From the NCBI GenBank assembly GCA_020634555.1, contig JACKBK010000018.1:987-64986 (forward strand): DNA of 64,000 nt, in the 5' to 3' direction. The notes beneath the pieces are model-generated. The model worked only from the letters and a program-made list of their open reading frames with translations, had not been told where the DNA came from and did no database searches. The position numbers were made by a program, and so were the translations under genes. The DNA is from Caldilineae bacterium. Its GTDB lineage: Bacteria > Chloroflexota > Anaerolineae > JAAEKA01. Shown here piece by piece: positions 19,459 to 27,513 of this stretch (position 1 is its first letter; each line of letters opens with the position of its first letter).

Positions 19459-19716
19459 CCGTGAATGAATTCACGGCCTGACACAGAGAAGCATGCTGAA
19501 GCAAGCTGCCGAATTCGGATCTCCGCAGCCTGCTTTGAGCAAGCTTTTCCGCTATCAGACGCCGGATTCATCCGGCGGGATGCCAGCCGCCAGCCGCCGT
19601 GAATGAATTCACGGTCTGACACGGAGAAGCATGCTGAAGCAAGCTGCCGGATATCGGACCGCCGCAGCCTGCTTTGAGCAGGCTTTCCGCTATCAGACGC
19701 CGGATTCATCCGGCGG
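19459..19716 (+). repeat. Two tandem 120-bp REP/BIME-like units (period 138 bp) immediately upstream of the RAYT gene
   Basis: Unit 1 is 19459-19578 and unit 2 is 19597-19716; they are near-identical. Each begins with the hairpin CCGTGAA-TGAA-TTCACGG and also contains AGCCTGC..GCAGGCT and GCCGGA-TTCA-TCCGGC hairpins. Confidence 0.85.
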
Positions 19717-19742
19717 AGCTCTGCAAGAAAGGTATTCCGCTC

Positions 19743-20246
19743 ATGCCATTTTGGCGCTCCTATTACCACATCGTCTGGGCAACCAAGAATCGCGAAGCCT
19801 TGATCCAGCCAGAACTCGAGCCGCGCCTCTTCGCATACATTGTCCGCAAGGCGGCAGAGCTGGACGCTTACATCTACGCGTTAAATGGATGGTTCGATCA
19901 TGTACACCTTGTCACCAGCATCCCTCCAAAGATAGCAGTCTCGCATTTCGTGAAGGATATCAAAGGCTCCAGTTCCCACGACTTGAATCTACAGGGACTT
20001 GAATACAGATTCGCATGGCAGCGTGGATATGGCGTGTTGACCCTCGGCCAAACCCAGCTCGCCAGAGCAATAGCCTATGTCAACGAGCAGAAACAACATC
20101 ATCGCGCCGAGACCGCGATCCCATGGCTAGAGCATTGCTCTGAGATCAACGAAGGCCCGGAGGACCACGGACTCACACGTTCCCACGTACCGGCGCTCAA
20201 GGAAGAGGCGCCGGTGTATAACATACTTGGCGATCCCGCGTTCTGA
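19743..20246 (+). CDS. REP-associated tyrosine transposase (RAYT; IS200/IS605-like Y1 HUH transposase)
   Basis: ORF 19674..20246 trimmed to the ATG at 19743. MPFWRSYYHIVWATKNRE, HUH motif DHVHLV and catalytic-Tyr region AIAYVNEQKQHH. More AT-rich than its neighbours. Confidence 0.85.
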   Translation: MPFWRSYYHIVWATKNREALIQPELEPRLFAYIVRKAAELDAYIYALNGWFDHVHLVTSIPPKIAVSHFVKDIKGSSSHDLNLQGLEYRFAWQRGYGVLTLGQTQLARAIAYVNEQKQHHRAETAIPWLEHCSEINEGPEDHGLTRSHVPALKEEAPVYNILGDPAF

Positions 20247-20255
20247 TCCCGCGCC

Positions 20256-22571
20256 ATGACCTCCTGGCAAGCCCTCCCTTCCATCACCGTTCCCGACGCG
20301 TTGTGCAACGCCGTTGGCGGCCACCCATTGGTGGCGGAACTGCTGGTGCAGCGCGGCATCCGGTCGCCTGACACCGCGCTGGCTTTTCTGGACCCTGATC
20401 GCTATGCCGCGGCGTCTCCGCACGAACTGCCGGATATGGATCGGGGCGTCGAGCGGTTGCAGCGGGCGATGCGCAACGGCCAGCGGATCGGCGTTTGGGG
20501 CGATTTCGACGTGGACGGGCAGACCTCCACGACCTTGCTGGTATCCACGCTCCAGTCACTGGGCGCGGACGTCACATTTCACATCCCGGTGCGCGACCTT
20601 GAGGGGCATGGCGTCACGGTTCCTGCCCTGCAACGTTTCCTCGATCAGGGTGTCGAGCTGGTGCTGACATGCGACACCGGCGTGGCGGCCCACGAGGCTG
20701 TGGCTTACGCAGCTGCCCGCGGCGTCGACTTTGTCATTACCGACCACCACGACCTGCCGGCGATGTTGCCGGATGCGGTCGCCATCATCAACCCGAAGCG
20801 GCTGGTGGGCGGTCACGCATTGGCAAACCTGCCCGGTGTAGGCGTAGCCTACAAGCTGGCCGAAGCTCTATTCACTGCTTTCGGGCGCGCCGGCGAGGAG
20901 ACACAACACCTTGACCTGGCAGCGCTGGGAATCATCGCCGACGTCGCCTTGCTGTCCGGTGACACACGGGCGCTGGCGCAGCGTGGCATCGCTGCGCTGC
21001 GCCAGCCGCAACGATTGGGCTTGCAGGTCATGATGGAATTGGCCGGGGTTAATCCCACCTGGCTGACTGAGGAGCACATCGGATTCGAGCTGGCGCCGCG
21101 GCTCAATGCGCTGGGCCGGCTGGACGATGCTAACCCGGCGGTCGAGTTTCTGACGACCGACGACCTTGGGCGGGCGAGAATCCTGGCTACACAGCTTGAG
21201 GGACTAAACGAGCGGCGCAAGCTGCTAACCGACCAGGTGTTTCGCGGCGTGCTGGCGCAACTGGAACGCGAGCCGGCGCTGCTGGAGTACGCCGCGCTGG
21301 TGCTGGCACATCCGCAGTGGCCGGCGGGCATCATCGGCATCGTTGCCAGCCGCCTGGTCGAACGCTACCGGCGGCCTGTGGTGCTTTTCAGCGCGCCGCC
21401 TGGCGAAGTTGCGCGCGGGTCAGCCCGCTCTGTCGATGGCTGTGACATCAGTGCAGCTATCGCGGCCCAGGCCGATTTGCTGTTCAGCTACGGCGGGCAC
21501 CCGATGGCTGCCGGGCTTTCCCTGCCCGCAGAGCGCATCCCGGAGTTCCGTCGCCGGCTTTCACGGACTGTCGATGAGATGCTCGGTCGGGCAGCGGAGG
21601 CAGAGCCGCTGGCGGTGGATGCCGAACTGCCGCTGGAAGACATGAGCCTGGCGCTGGCGCTGGAGATCGAACGACTGGCGCCCTTCGGAGCGGGCAACCC
21701 TGCGCCTGTGCTGGTCAGCCGGAATCACTCGCTATCCAGCAGCCGGACCGTTGGAAGGTACAGCGATCATCGTATCCTCGATCTTGAAGATGAAGCGGGC
21801 AACGTGCAGCGCGTGTTCTGGTGGCAGGGAGCAGGCTGGCCGCTGCCGCAAGGCCGTTTCGATCTGGCCTACCGTGTGCGCGCCAGCACCTACCGTGGCC
21901 AGCGCGCCGTTCAGTTTGAGTGGGTGGATGCACAGCCGGTGGTGGAGGGCGCCGCCGAGCTCAGCGCTCCCACCTTGCAGGTCCTCGATTGGCGGGCCGC
22001 GGCCGATCCACAGGCCAGCCTGTCTGAGTTGCGGCACACAGGCGACGTGATTGTCTGGGCCGAGGCCAGCCAACGCCGCCAGGTCAGCGGAGCGGACCGA
22101 ACACAACTGGAAAGCGCCATGACGCTGGTCGTCTGGACTGCGCCGGCCAGCCGCACCGATCTGTTGACGGCGCTGGAGCGGGTGCAGCCGCGGCAGGTCG
22201 TTTTGGTCGGCGTCGATCCGCAACTGGACGGGATGGAAGCGTTTCTGGCGCGGCTGGCCGGCTTGATCAAGCCGGTGTTGGCCAGCGACGGAGCGGTTTC
22301 GCTGGGTTTCCTGGCCGCAGCCATGGCTCAGCGCGAGGTGACGGTGCGCGCCGGGCTGCGCTGGCTGACTGAGCGGGGCCACCTTCGGATTCTCGAGGAG
22401 AGCGGTGATCGCCTTCAGCTTGCCCGCGGGGACGGCGTGACGTCCGGTGGCCTGGCCGCGGCCGCGGCTGATCTGCAAGCCCTGCTGAACGAGACAGCAG
22501 CCTATCGCCGTTTCTTTGCCCGCGCGGAACCGGCCTCGATCCTACCAGGAGTTAAAGCCCATGGACGTTGA
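20256..22571 (+). CDS. recJ: Single-stranded-DNA-specific exonuclease RecJ
   Basis: 771-aa ORF. DHH-family motifs IGVWGDFDVDGQTS, TCDTG and FVITDHHD, plus the DHHA1 region GGHPMAAG. Confidence 0.9.
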   Translation: MTSWQALPSITVPDALCNAVGGHPLVAELLVQRGIRSPDTALAFLDPDRYAAASPHELPDMDRGVERLQRAMRNGQRIGVWGDFDVDGQTSTTLLVSTLQSLGADVTFHIPVRDLEGHGVTVPALQRFLDQGVELVLTCDTGVAAHEAVAYAAARGVDFVITDHHDLPAMLPDAVAIINPKRLVGGHALANLPGVGVAYKLAEALFTAFGRAGEETQHLDLAALGIIADVALLSGDTRALAQRGIAALRQPQRLGLQVMMELAGVNPTWLTEEHIGFELAPRLNALGRLDDANPAVEFLTTDDLGRARILATQLEGLNERRKLLTDQVFRGVLAQLEREPALLEYAALVLAHPQWPAGIIGIVASRLVERYRRPVVLFSAPPGEVARGSARSVDGCDISAAIAAQADLLFSYGGHPMAAGLSLPAERIPEFRRRLSRTVDEMLGRAAEAEPLAVDAELPLEDMSLALALEIERLAPFGAGNPAPVLVSRNHSLSSSRTVGRYSDHRILDLEDEAGNVQRVFWWQGAGWPLPQGRFDLAYRVRASTYRGQRAVQFEWVDAQPVVEGAAELSAPTLQVLDWRAAADPQASLSELRHTGDVIVWAEASQRRQVSGADRTQLESAMTLVVWTAPASRTDLLTALERVQPRQVVLVGVDPQLDGMEAFLARLAGLIKPVLASDGAVSLGFLAAAMAQREVTVRAGLRWLTERGHLRILEESGDRLQLARGDGVTSGGLAAAAADLQALLNETAAYRRFFARAEPASILPGVKAHGR

Positions 22572-22986
22572 GATGGAAGTGATGGAGATCGTACACCGCA
22601 ACCTGCAAGCGATCTGGGATGCTGACCCGGACGCCTACAGTGAGACGTGCGCGCCCGACGTTTCCTTCTTCGAGTGGTATGTCACCACGCAGCGCATCGA
22701 CGGCATCGATTTTCACCTGCGCGAGATCCTGGTGCATGCCGGGGCGCTAGGCGGCAGCAGCGGCGCCCGCACGGAGCATGAAATCCTCCAGCCGCGGGTG
22801 CAGGTGTTCGGCGACACAGCAGTTGTCACCTACACGCTGCTGGTGCGATCCGTTCGCGATGGCGCCGTCAGCCGTACGCAGCAGAACGAGACGCGCGTCC
22901 TGCACCGCTTCGACGACGGCTGGAAACTGGTGCATTGCCACAAATCTCCCTGCTGGCGCGCACCCCACGACCCACCTGTGAGGTAA
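22561..22986 (+). CDS. SnoaL-like / DUF4440 (NTF2-fold) protein
   Basis: ORF 22516..22986 trimmed to the ATG at 22561; 22573 is also possible. The C-terminal pattern ..TRVLHRFDDGWKLVHCH is typical of the DUF4440/CaMKII-association fold. Confidence 0.6.
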   Translation: MDVEMEVMEIVHRNLQAIWDADPDAYSETCAPDVSFFEWYVTTQRIDGIDFHLREILVHAGALGGSSGARTEHEILQPRVQVFGDTAVVTYTLLVRSVRDGAVSRTQQNETRVLHRFDDGWKLVHCHKSPCWRAPHDPPVR

Positions 22987-22989
22987 ACG

Positions 22990-23388
22990 ATGGACACTAC
23001 GTTCCACCCCGGACTTGCCGGCTCGGCTTCCGTTCAGGTTACTTCGGCCAACACGGCCCAGGCGCTGGGCAGCGGGCTGGTGCCGGTGTTCGCCACACCC
23101 GCGCTGGTGGCCCTGCTGGAACAGGCGGCCGTCAACGCACTGACCGGCTCGTTGCTACCCGGCAGTACATCAGTCGGCACGCACATCGATGTGCGCCACA
23201 TGGCCGCCACACCGGTGGGGATGATGGTTACCGCCACCGCGACGTTGGTGGAGGCAGACGGGCGGCGGCTGTGTTTCGAGGTTGCCGCGCGTGACGACGC
23301 GGAACCCATCGCCGAGGGCATCCACGAGCGAGTCGTCGTGGACGAGCAGCGCTTCATGGATCGGGTTGAGGGAAAGCGCGCCGGGTAA
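22990..23388 (+). CDS. Hotdog-fold thioesterase
   Basis: 132-aa ORF. GSGLVPVFATPALVALLEQAA..GTHIDVRHMAATPVG..ATLVEADGRRLCFEV matches the small thioesterase-superfamily pattern. Confidence 0.7.
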   Translation: MDTTFHPGLAGSASVQVTSANTAQALGSGLVPVFATPALVALLEQAAVNALTGSLLPGSTSVGTHIDVRHMAATPVGMMVTATATLVEADGRRLCFEVAARDDAEPIAEGIHERVVVDEQRFMDRVEGKRAG

Positions 23389-23408
23389 GCCCAGGACAGC
23401 ACTGCTTC

Positions 23409-24335
23409 TTACTTGCCCGACCACGCGGGATGGGAATAACTTGCGTCGTCGGTGGTCAGGCGGCGCACGTTTTGGCCGTCAGCGCTCATGATGTACAAAC
23501 TCTGGGTCCCATCGCGGTCGGACGAAAAGACGATTTCCTTGCCATCGGGCGACCACGCCGGCTCGCCGTCGTTGGAGTCCGCCTGGCTAAGATGCGTCGC
23601 TTGGCCGCTCTTGACATCCAGTAGCCAGATGTTGGCCACTCCGGTCTCCAGGTCTTGATTCATGAACACAATCTGGCGCCCATCTGGTGACCAGGCGGGA
23701 GTCCATTGCCGGCCATCCACCGAGGCAGTAACGTTGGTTGCGGGCGCGTCCTCAACAGGCTCCTGCAACATGATGCGGATCTCGTCGGTTATTTCCTGCG
23801 ATGCCAACTGCTTGCCGTCAGGCGACCACGAAGGATAGAGTGACTGGTCCTCGTAGTTGCCTGTAACACGTCTCATGTTGCTGCCGTCTGCATTCATCAC
23901 CCAGATCTCGAAACCGGCCTCGACCAGTTGCCGTCCTCCCTCCATTGGCACTTCGTAACTGCGCGTAGATGCGAACGCGATCTGTTGGCCGTCGGGCGAC
24001 CAGGCCGGCATCAGGCTGGCATAGGTCGCATCGGTGAGTGGCCGTTGATCGCTGCCATCCGCGTTCATCAGCATGATTACCGGCGAGCCCAGCCGTTCAG
24101 ACGCAAAAGCTATCTGCGTCCCGTCAGGCGACCAGGCCGGCGTGCCATCCCAACCGGGGTCGTCGGTCAGGCGGGTCAACCCTGTCCCGTCGGGGTTCAT
24201 GATGTACACATCGCTGTTGTCGCTTTCTTCGCGCTCGAATGCCAGCCGGCCCGCGGGCTGTGTGTTTCCAATACCGCTGCAACCGGCAAGAAACAAGGTT
24301 ACTGCCAGGCCGGCAAGCGCCAATCGTCGTATCAT
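23409..24335 (-). CDS. Lipoprotein with TolB-like WD40/PD40 beta-propeller repeats
   Basis: Lipobox LFLAGCSG. Repeated (P/T)AWSPDG(T/Q/K)(Q/E)I(A/V)F units occur 6 times. Confidence 0.8.
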   Translation of the reverse strand: MIRRLALAGLAVTLFLAGCSGIGNTQPAGRLAFEREESDNSDVYIMNPDGTGLTRLTDDPGWDGTPAWSPDGTQIAFASERLGSPVIMLMNADGSDQRPLTDATYASLMPAWSPDGQQIAFASTRSYEVPMEGGRQLVEAGFEIWVMNADGSNMRRVTGNYEDQSLYPSWSPDGKQLASQEITDEIRIMLQEPVEDAPATNVTASVDGRQWTPAWSPDGRQIVFMNQDLETGVANIWLLDVKSGQATHLSQADSNDGEPAWSPDGKEIVFSSDRDGTQSLYIMSADGQNVRRLTTDDASYSHPAWSGK

Positions 24336-24384
24336 GTCACACCTTTTCTGCCGGATTCCGTCTGTCCCGGCATGTTGTTCTAGC

Positions 24385-24620
24385 GTAACTGCTCAACCTA
24401 TAGTGTGCCGTCATTCCCGCGGAGTTCCCAGTGCCATCACAGACGGCATGCGCCGTGGCAAGAAACTTCTTCGTTGTCATCCTGAGCGAGTGGAGCACGC
24501 GACTTCCTATACGGCGAATCGCCAGCGAAGGATCTCTCCGGGAAGTTTCTAGGCAGGCGGGAATCCAGGTCTGTGAGGAGTGGATTCCCGCCTCCGCGGG
24601 AATGACGGGTGAGTAGTTGC
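24385..24620. mobile_element. MITE-like repeat, copy B1
   Basis: Outer IR: GTAACTGCTCAAC / GGTGAGTAGTTGC. Perfect 15-bp inner IR: GTCATTCCCGCGGAG (24410-24424) / CTCCGCGGGAATGAC (24592-24606). Flanks are TTCTAGC and TTTTAGC. Confidence 0.8.
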
Positions 24621-24702
24621 GTTTTAGCAACGGGGATTATACGCCAGCAAGCGCGTTTGCAGAAACCTACCGCGGACCCACCGGTTCAGCTTGCAGACCA
24701 TC

Positions 24703-24914
24703 GTCATTCCCGCGGAGTTCCCAATGCCCTCACAGACGGCATGCGCCGCGGCAAGAAACTTCTTCACTGTCTTTCTGAATGGGTCAAGCACGCGATCCAC
24801 ACGAGGCCGAACCGCTAATGAAGAATCTCTCCGTGGCCGTTTCGAGGCAGGCGAGAATCCAATTCTGCGAGGAGTGGATTCCCGCCTCCGCGGGAATGAC
24901 GAGTGAGTAGTTAC
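24703..24914. mobile_element. MITE-like repeat, copy B2 (tandem to B1)
   Basis: Perfect inner IR: GTCATTCCCGCGGAG (24703-24717) / CTCCGCGGGAATGAC (24886-24900), followed by the outer terminus GAGTGAGTAGTTAC and the flank CTCTAGC. Confidence 0.8.
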
Positions 24915-24926
24915 CTCTAGCAAGGC

Positions 24927-24955
24927 TTTGTCCGGCGCGTTGGCTATGCTATAAT
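24927..24955 (+). promoter_or_regulatory. Promoter with an extended -10 (TGCTATAAT) directly in front of obg; predicts a leaderless or near-leaderless mRNA
   Basis: TTTGTC/TTGTCC -35-like hexamer, a 16-17 nt spacer, then TGcTATAAT ending at 24955. The obg ATG is at 24964 and has no Shine-Dalgarno sequence upstream. Confidence 0.45.
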
Positions 24956-24963
24956 TCCGAACA

Positions 24964-26247
24964 ATGACGAGAGACAACGAACTACTGATCGACGAAACGA
25001 CAATCAACGTGCAGGCAGGCGACGGTGGCAACGGCATCGTCGCCTTTCGCCGCGAGAAATTCTCACCGCGCGGCGGGCCGTATGGCGGCAACGGCGGCAA
25101 CGGCGGCAACGTCATCCTGCGCGTCGACAGGGGCCTCAACACGTTGCTGCCCTTTAAGTACAAGATTCATTTCAAGGCCGGCCGAGGCGGGCATGGCGGC
25201 AGCAAGAACAAACAGGGCCGCACCGGTGAGGATGTGATCGTCCCTGTCCCGATGGGAACGCTGGTCTACCTGCGCGACACAGAAGAGTTGGTTGCCGATT
25301 TGGTTGCCGACGGCCAGGAGGCCATCGTCGCCCGCGGCGGACGGGGCGGACGCGGCAACGCGGCCTTCAAGAGCTCCATCAACCAGGCGCCGCGCCTGGC
25401 CGAGCGCGGCGAGCCGGGCGAAGAGCGCTGGCTGCGGCTGGAGTTGAAGCTGATCGCGGATGTCGGCATCGTCGGCGTGCCTAACGCAGGCAAATCGACG
25501 CTGCTGTCGGTGGTCAGCCGCGCCAAGCCGAAGATCGCCGACTACCCGTTCACAACCCTGGCGCCCAACCTGGGTGTGGTGGTCGTCGATCACAAGGACT
25601 TCGTCATGGCCGACATCCCCGGCCTGATCGAGGGCGCACACACCGGCAGCGGGCTGGGGCACCGCTTTCTACGCCACATCGAGCGTACCCGAATGGTGAT
25701 TCACCTGTTGAACGGGCTCAGCCCTGACCCGCTGGGCGACTTCGAGGCCATCAACAGCGAGCTGGAACTTTTCAACCCGGCGCTGGCCGACAAGCCGCAA
25801 ATCGTCGTCTTCAACAAAATGGATCTGCCCGACGCACAGGTGCGGTGGCCGGAAGTTCGCGGCGCGTTGATTGCCCTGGGTGTGCAGGAGCCGTTGGCGA
25901 TCTCGGCCATCACCGGCGAGAACGTCCAGGCCTTGCTACACCGGGTGATTGGCGCCCTGGATGAGCTGCCGAAACCGACTCCGGTTGCCGCGCAGCCGGT
26001 TGTCTTCCGCCCGGAGATGGACGAGGACTATTTCGACATCGAGCAGGTGGGCGACCATTGGCGCGTCACCGGCGTCCGCATCGAGCGCGCCGCAGCCATG
26101 ACCAATTGGGACTACTACGAAGCTGAGATGCGCTTCCAACGAATCCTGGAAGCGATGGGCATCAGCCAGGCGCTGGAGGATGCCGGCGTGGAAGACGGCG
26201 AAGTCGTGGTCATCGGCAATACTGAGCTGGTCTGGGGCGAGCAGTAA
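24964..26247 (+). CDS. obg: GTPase Obg/CgtA
   Basis: Obg fold ([18 protein letters not shown], glycine-rich GGxGG repeats). G-domain motifs GVPNAGKST and [10 protein letters not shown]-terminal OCT-like domain. Confidence 0.95.
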   Translation: MTRDNELLIDETTINVQAGDGGNGIVAFRREKFSPRGGPYGGNGGNGGNVILRVDRGLNTLLPFKYKIHFKAGRGGHGGSKNKQGRTGEDVIVPVPMGTLVYLRDTEELVADLVADGQEAIVARGGRGGRGNAAFKSSINQAPRLAERGEPGEERWLRLELKLIADVGIVGVPNAGKSTLLSVVSRAKPKIADYPFTTLAPNLGVVVVDHKDFVMADIPGLIEGAHTGSGLGHRFLRHIERTRMVIHLLNGLSPDPLGDFEAINSELELFNPALADKPQIVVFNKMDLPDAQVRWPEVRGALIALGVQEPLAISAITGENVQALLHRVIGALDELPKPTPVAAQPVVFRPEMDEDYFDIEQVGDHWRVTGVRIERAAAMTNWDYYEAEMRFQRILEAMGISQALEDAGVEDGEVVVIGNTELVWGEQ

Positions 26248-26249
26248 CC

Positions 26250-26915
26250 ATGCAGTCGCGGCGATCCCTCTGGCTGCGCTGGGTCGGCGCCAATTCACTG
26301 GGGGAACTGCTGGGGCTGGGTGCGACCTTTGCCCTCGATATCCTGATCATCAGCCGCATTCAGAGCGGCGGCGCGGCGGCCGCTCTGCTGGGCATCGTGC
26401 TGATCGCCGCCACCGGCGCTGTGGAAGGCACGGTAGTCGGCCTGTTTCAGTGGACGGCGCTGCGCGGTTCGTTTCCAGGCATCGCACGCCGCGCCTGGGT
26501 AGGCGCCACGATCATTGGCGCAGTGGTGGCCTGGTTTCTGGGTAGCCTGCCCAGCACGTTGATGGACATGGGCGGGCAGGATGCGGCCGCGGCCGGCCAG
26601 GAACCCGCGACCGCTGTCGTGCTGCTGCTGGCAGCAGCCATGGGGGTCGTGCTGGGCGCGGTACTCAGCTTTCCGCAGTGGCTGGTGTTGCGGCGCCATA
26701 CGGCCGGCGCGTGGCTGTGGATACCGGCCAACTGCCTGGCCTGGGCCGCGGGCATGCCGGTGATCTTCGCCTCCGTCGACCGGGCCTATGCAGCCTATGA
26801 GTCCGGCTCGCTAGCCGGCACGCTGCTCATCTTCGCCGTTGCGCTGCTGCTGGCAGGCGCAGTCGTCGGCGCGATCCACGGGCTGGCGCTGGTGAGGCTG
26901 GCCGTTAACGATTGA
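26250..26915 (+). CDS. Hypothetical membrane protein
   Basis: 221-aa ORF beginning 3 nt after the obg stop, with six predicted hydrophobic helices. No recognisable motif. Confidence 0.55.
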   Translation: MQSRRSLWLRWVGANSLGELLGLGATFALDILIISRIQSGGAAAALLGIVLIAATGAVEGTVVGLFQWTALRGSFPGIARRAWVGATIIGAVVAWFLGSLPSTLMDMGGQDAAAAGQEPATAVVLLLAAAMGVVLGAVLSFPQWLVLRRHTAGAWLWIPANCLAWAAGMPVIFASVDRAYAAYESGSLAGTLLIFAVALLLAGAVVGAIHGLALVRLAVND

Positions 26916-26940
26916 CAAGACGTACGTAACCCCGTACAAT
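26912..26940 (+). promoter_or_regulatory. Sigma-70-type promoter of the yefM-yoeB module
   Basis: TTGACA, a 17-nt spacer, then TACAAT, ending 39 nt before the antitoxin ATG. Confidence 0.5.
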
Positions 26941-26978
26941 GCGCTCGGCGAATCGAAATAGCTGACCGGGAGAGCACG

Positions 26979-27221
26979 ATGACTGCAATTACAGCAACCA
27001 AGGCGCGATCATCCCTGTACCAACTTCTGGACAGCGTTGCCGAGTCTCATGAACCGGTATTAATCACTGGCAGGCGAAGCAATGCCGTATTGGTCTCGGA
27101 AGACGACTGGCGAGCGATCAATGAAACTCTCTATCTGCTCAGCATTCCAGGGATGCGCGAGTCAATTATCGAGGGGATGAACACGCCGTTTGATGAATGT
27201 AATGGCGAGGTTGAGTGGTGA
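26979..27221 (+). CDS. yefM: Type II antitoxin, Phd/YefM family
   Basis: 80 aa. KARSSLYQLLDSVAESHEPVLITGRRSNAVLVSEDDWRAINETLYLL is the canonical YefM pattern. It overlaps the toxin gene by 7 nt. Confidence 0.85.
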   Translation: MTAITATKARSSLYQLLDSVAESHEPVLITGRRSNAVLVSEDDWRAINETLYLLSIPGMRESIIEGMNTPFDECNGEVEW

Positions 27222-27499
27222 CGTGGCGCCTCGTGTTCACGAAGCAAGCAAAGAAAGACGCCAAGAAGCTGTCGGCATCAGGACTACGGTCGAAAGCGGA
27301 AGAACTGCTTGCGATCTTAGCCACAGATCCTTTTCAAAATCCACCCCCTTTTGAGAAACTGGTAGGCGATCTGGCAGGTGCTTACACACGCCGGATCAAC
27401 ATTCAACATCGCTTGGTTTACCAGGTCGATGAGGATGCGCGCGAAGTTAAAGCAATCCGCATGTGGACACACTACGAATGGCAGTATCCCTGTTGTTGA
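27215..27499 (+). CDS. yoeB: Type II toxin, YoeB/Txe family mRNA interferase
   Basis: 94 aa. ...YTRRINIQHRLVYQVDEDAREVKAIRMWTHYE matches the YoeB C-terminal catalytic region. Confidence 0.85.
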   Translation: MVTWRLVFTKQAKKDAKKLSASGLRSKAEELLAILATDPFQNPPPFEKLVGDLAGAYTRRINIQHRLVYQVDEDAREVKAIRMWTHYEWQYPCC

Positions 27500-27513
27500 G
27501 GAGATGATATCGG

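Noticed and set aside
19459-19716. Possible CRISPR array (regularly spaced repeats here and at 24385..24914)
   Set aside because: There are only two copies each. The units are 120-236 bp rather than 25-40 bp, there are no unique spacers of matching size and no cas genes. They are better explained as REP/MITE repeats.
19077-19769. 230-aa minus-strand ORF with an internal duplicated peptide (RMNPASDSGK...)
   Set aside because: The duplication is just the translation of the two tandem REP-like units. It is antisense to the nuclease gene 3' end and to the RAYT upstream region.
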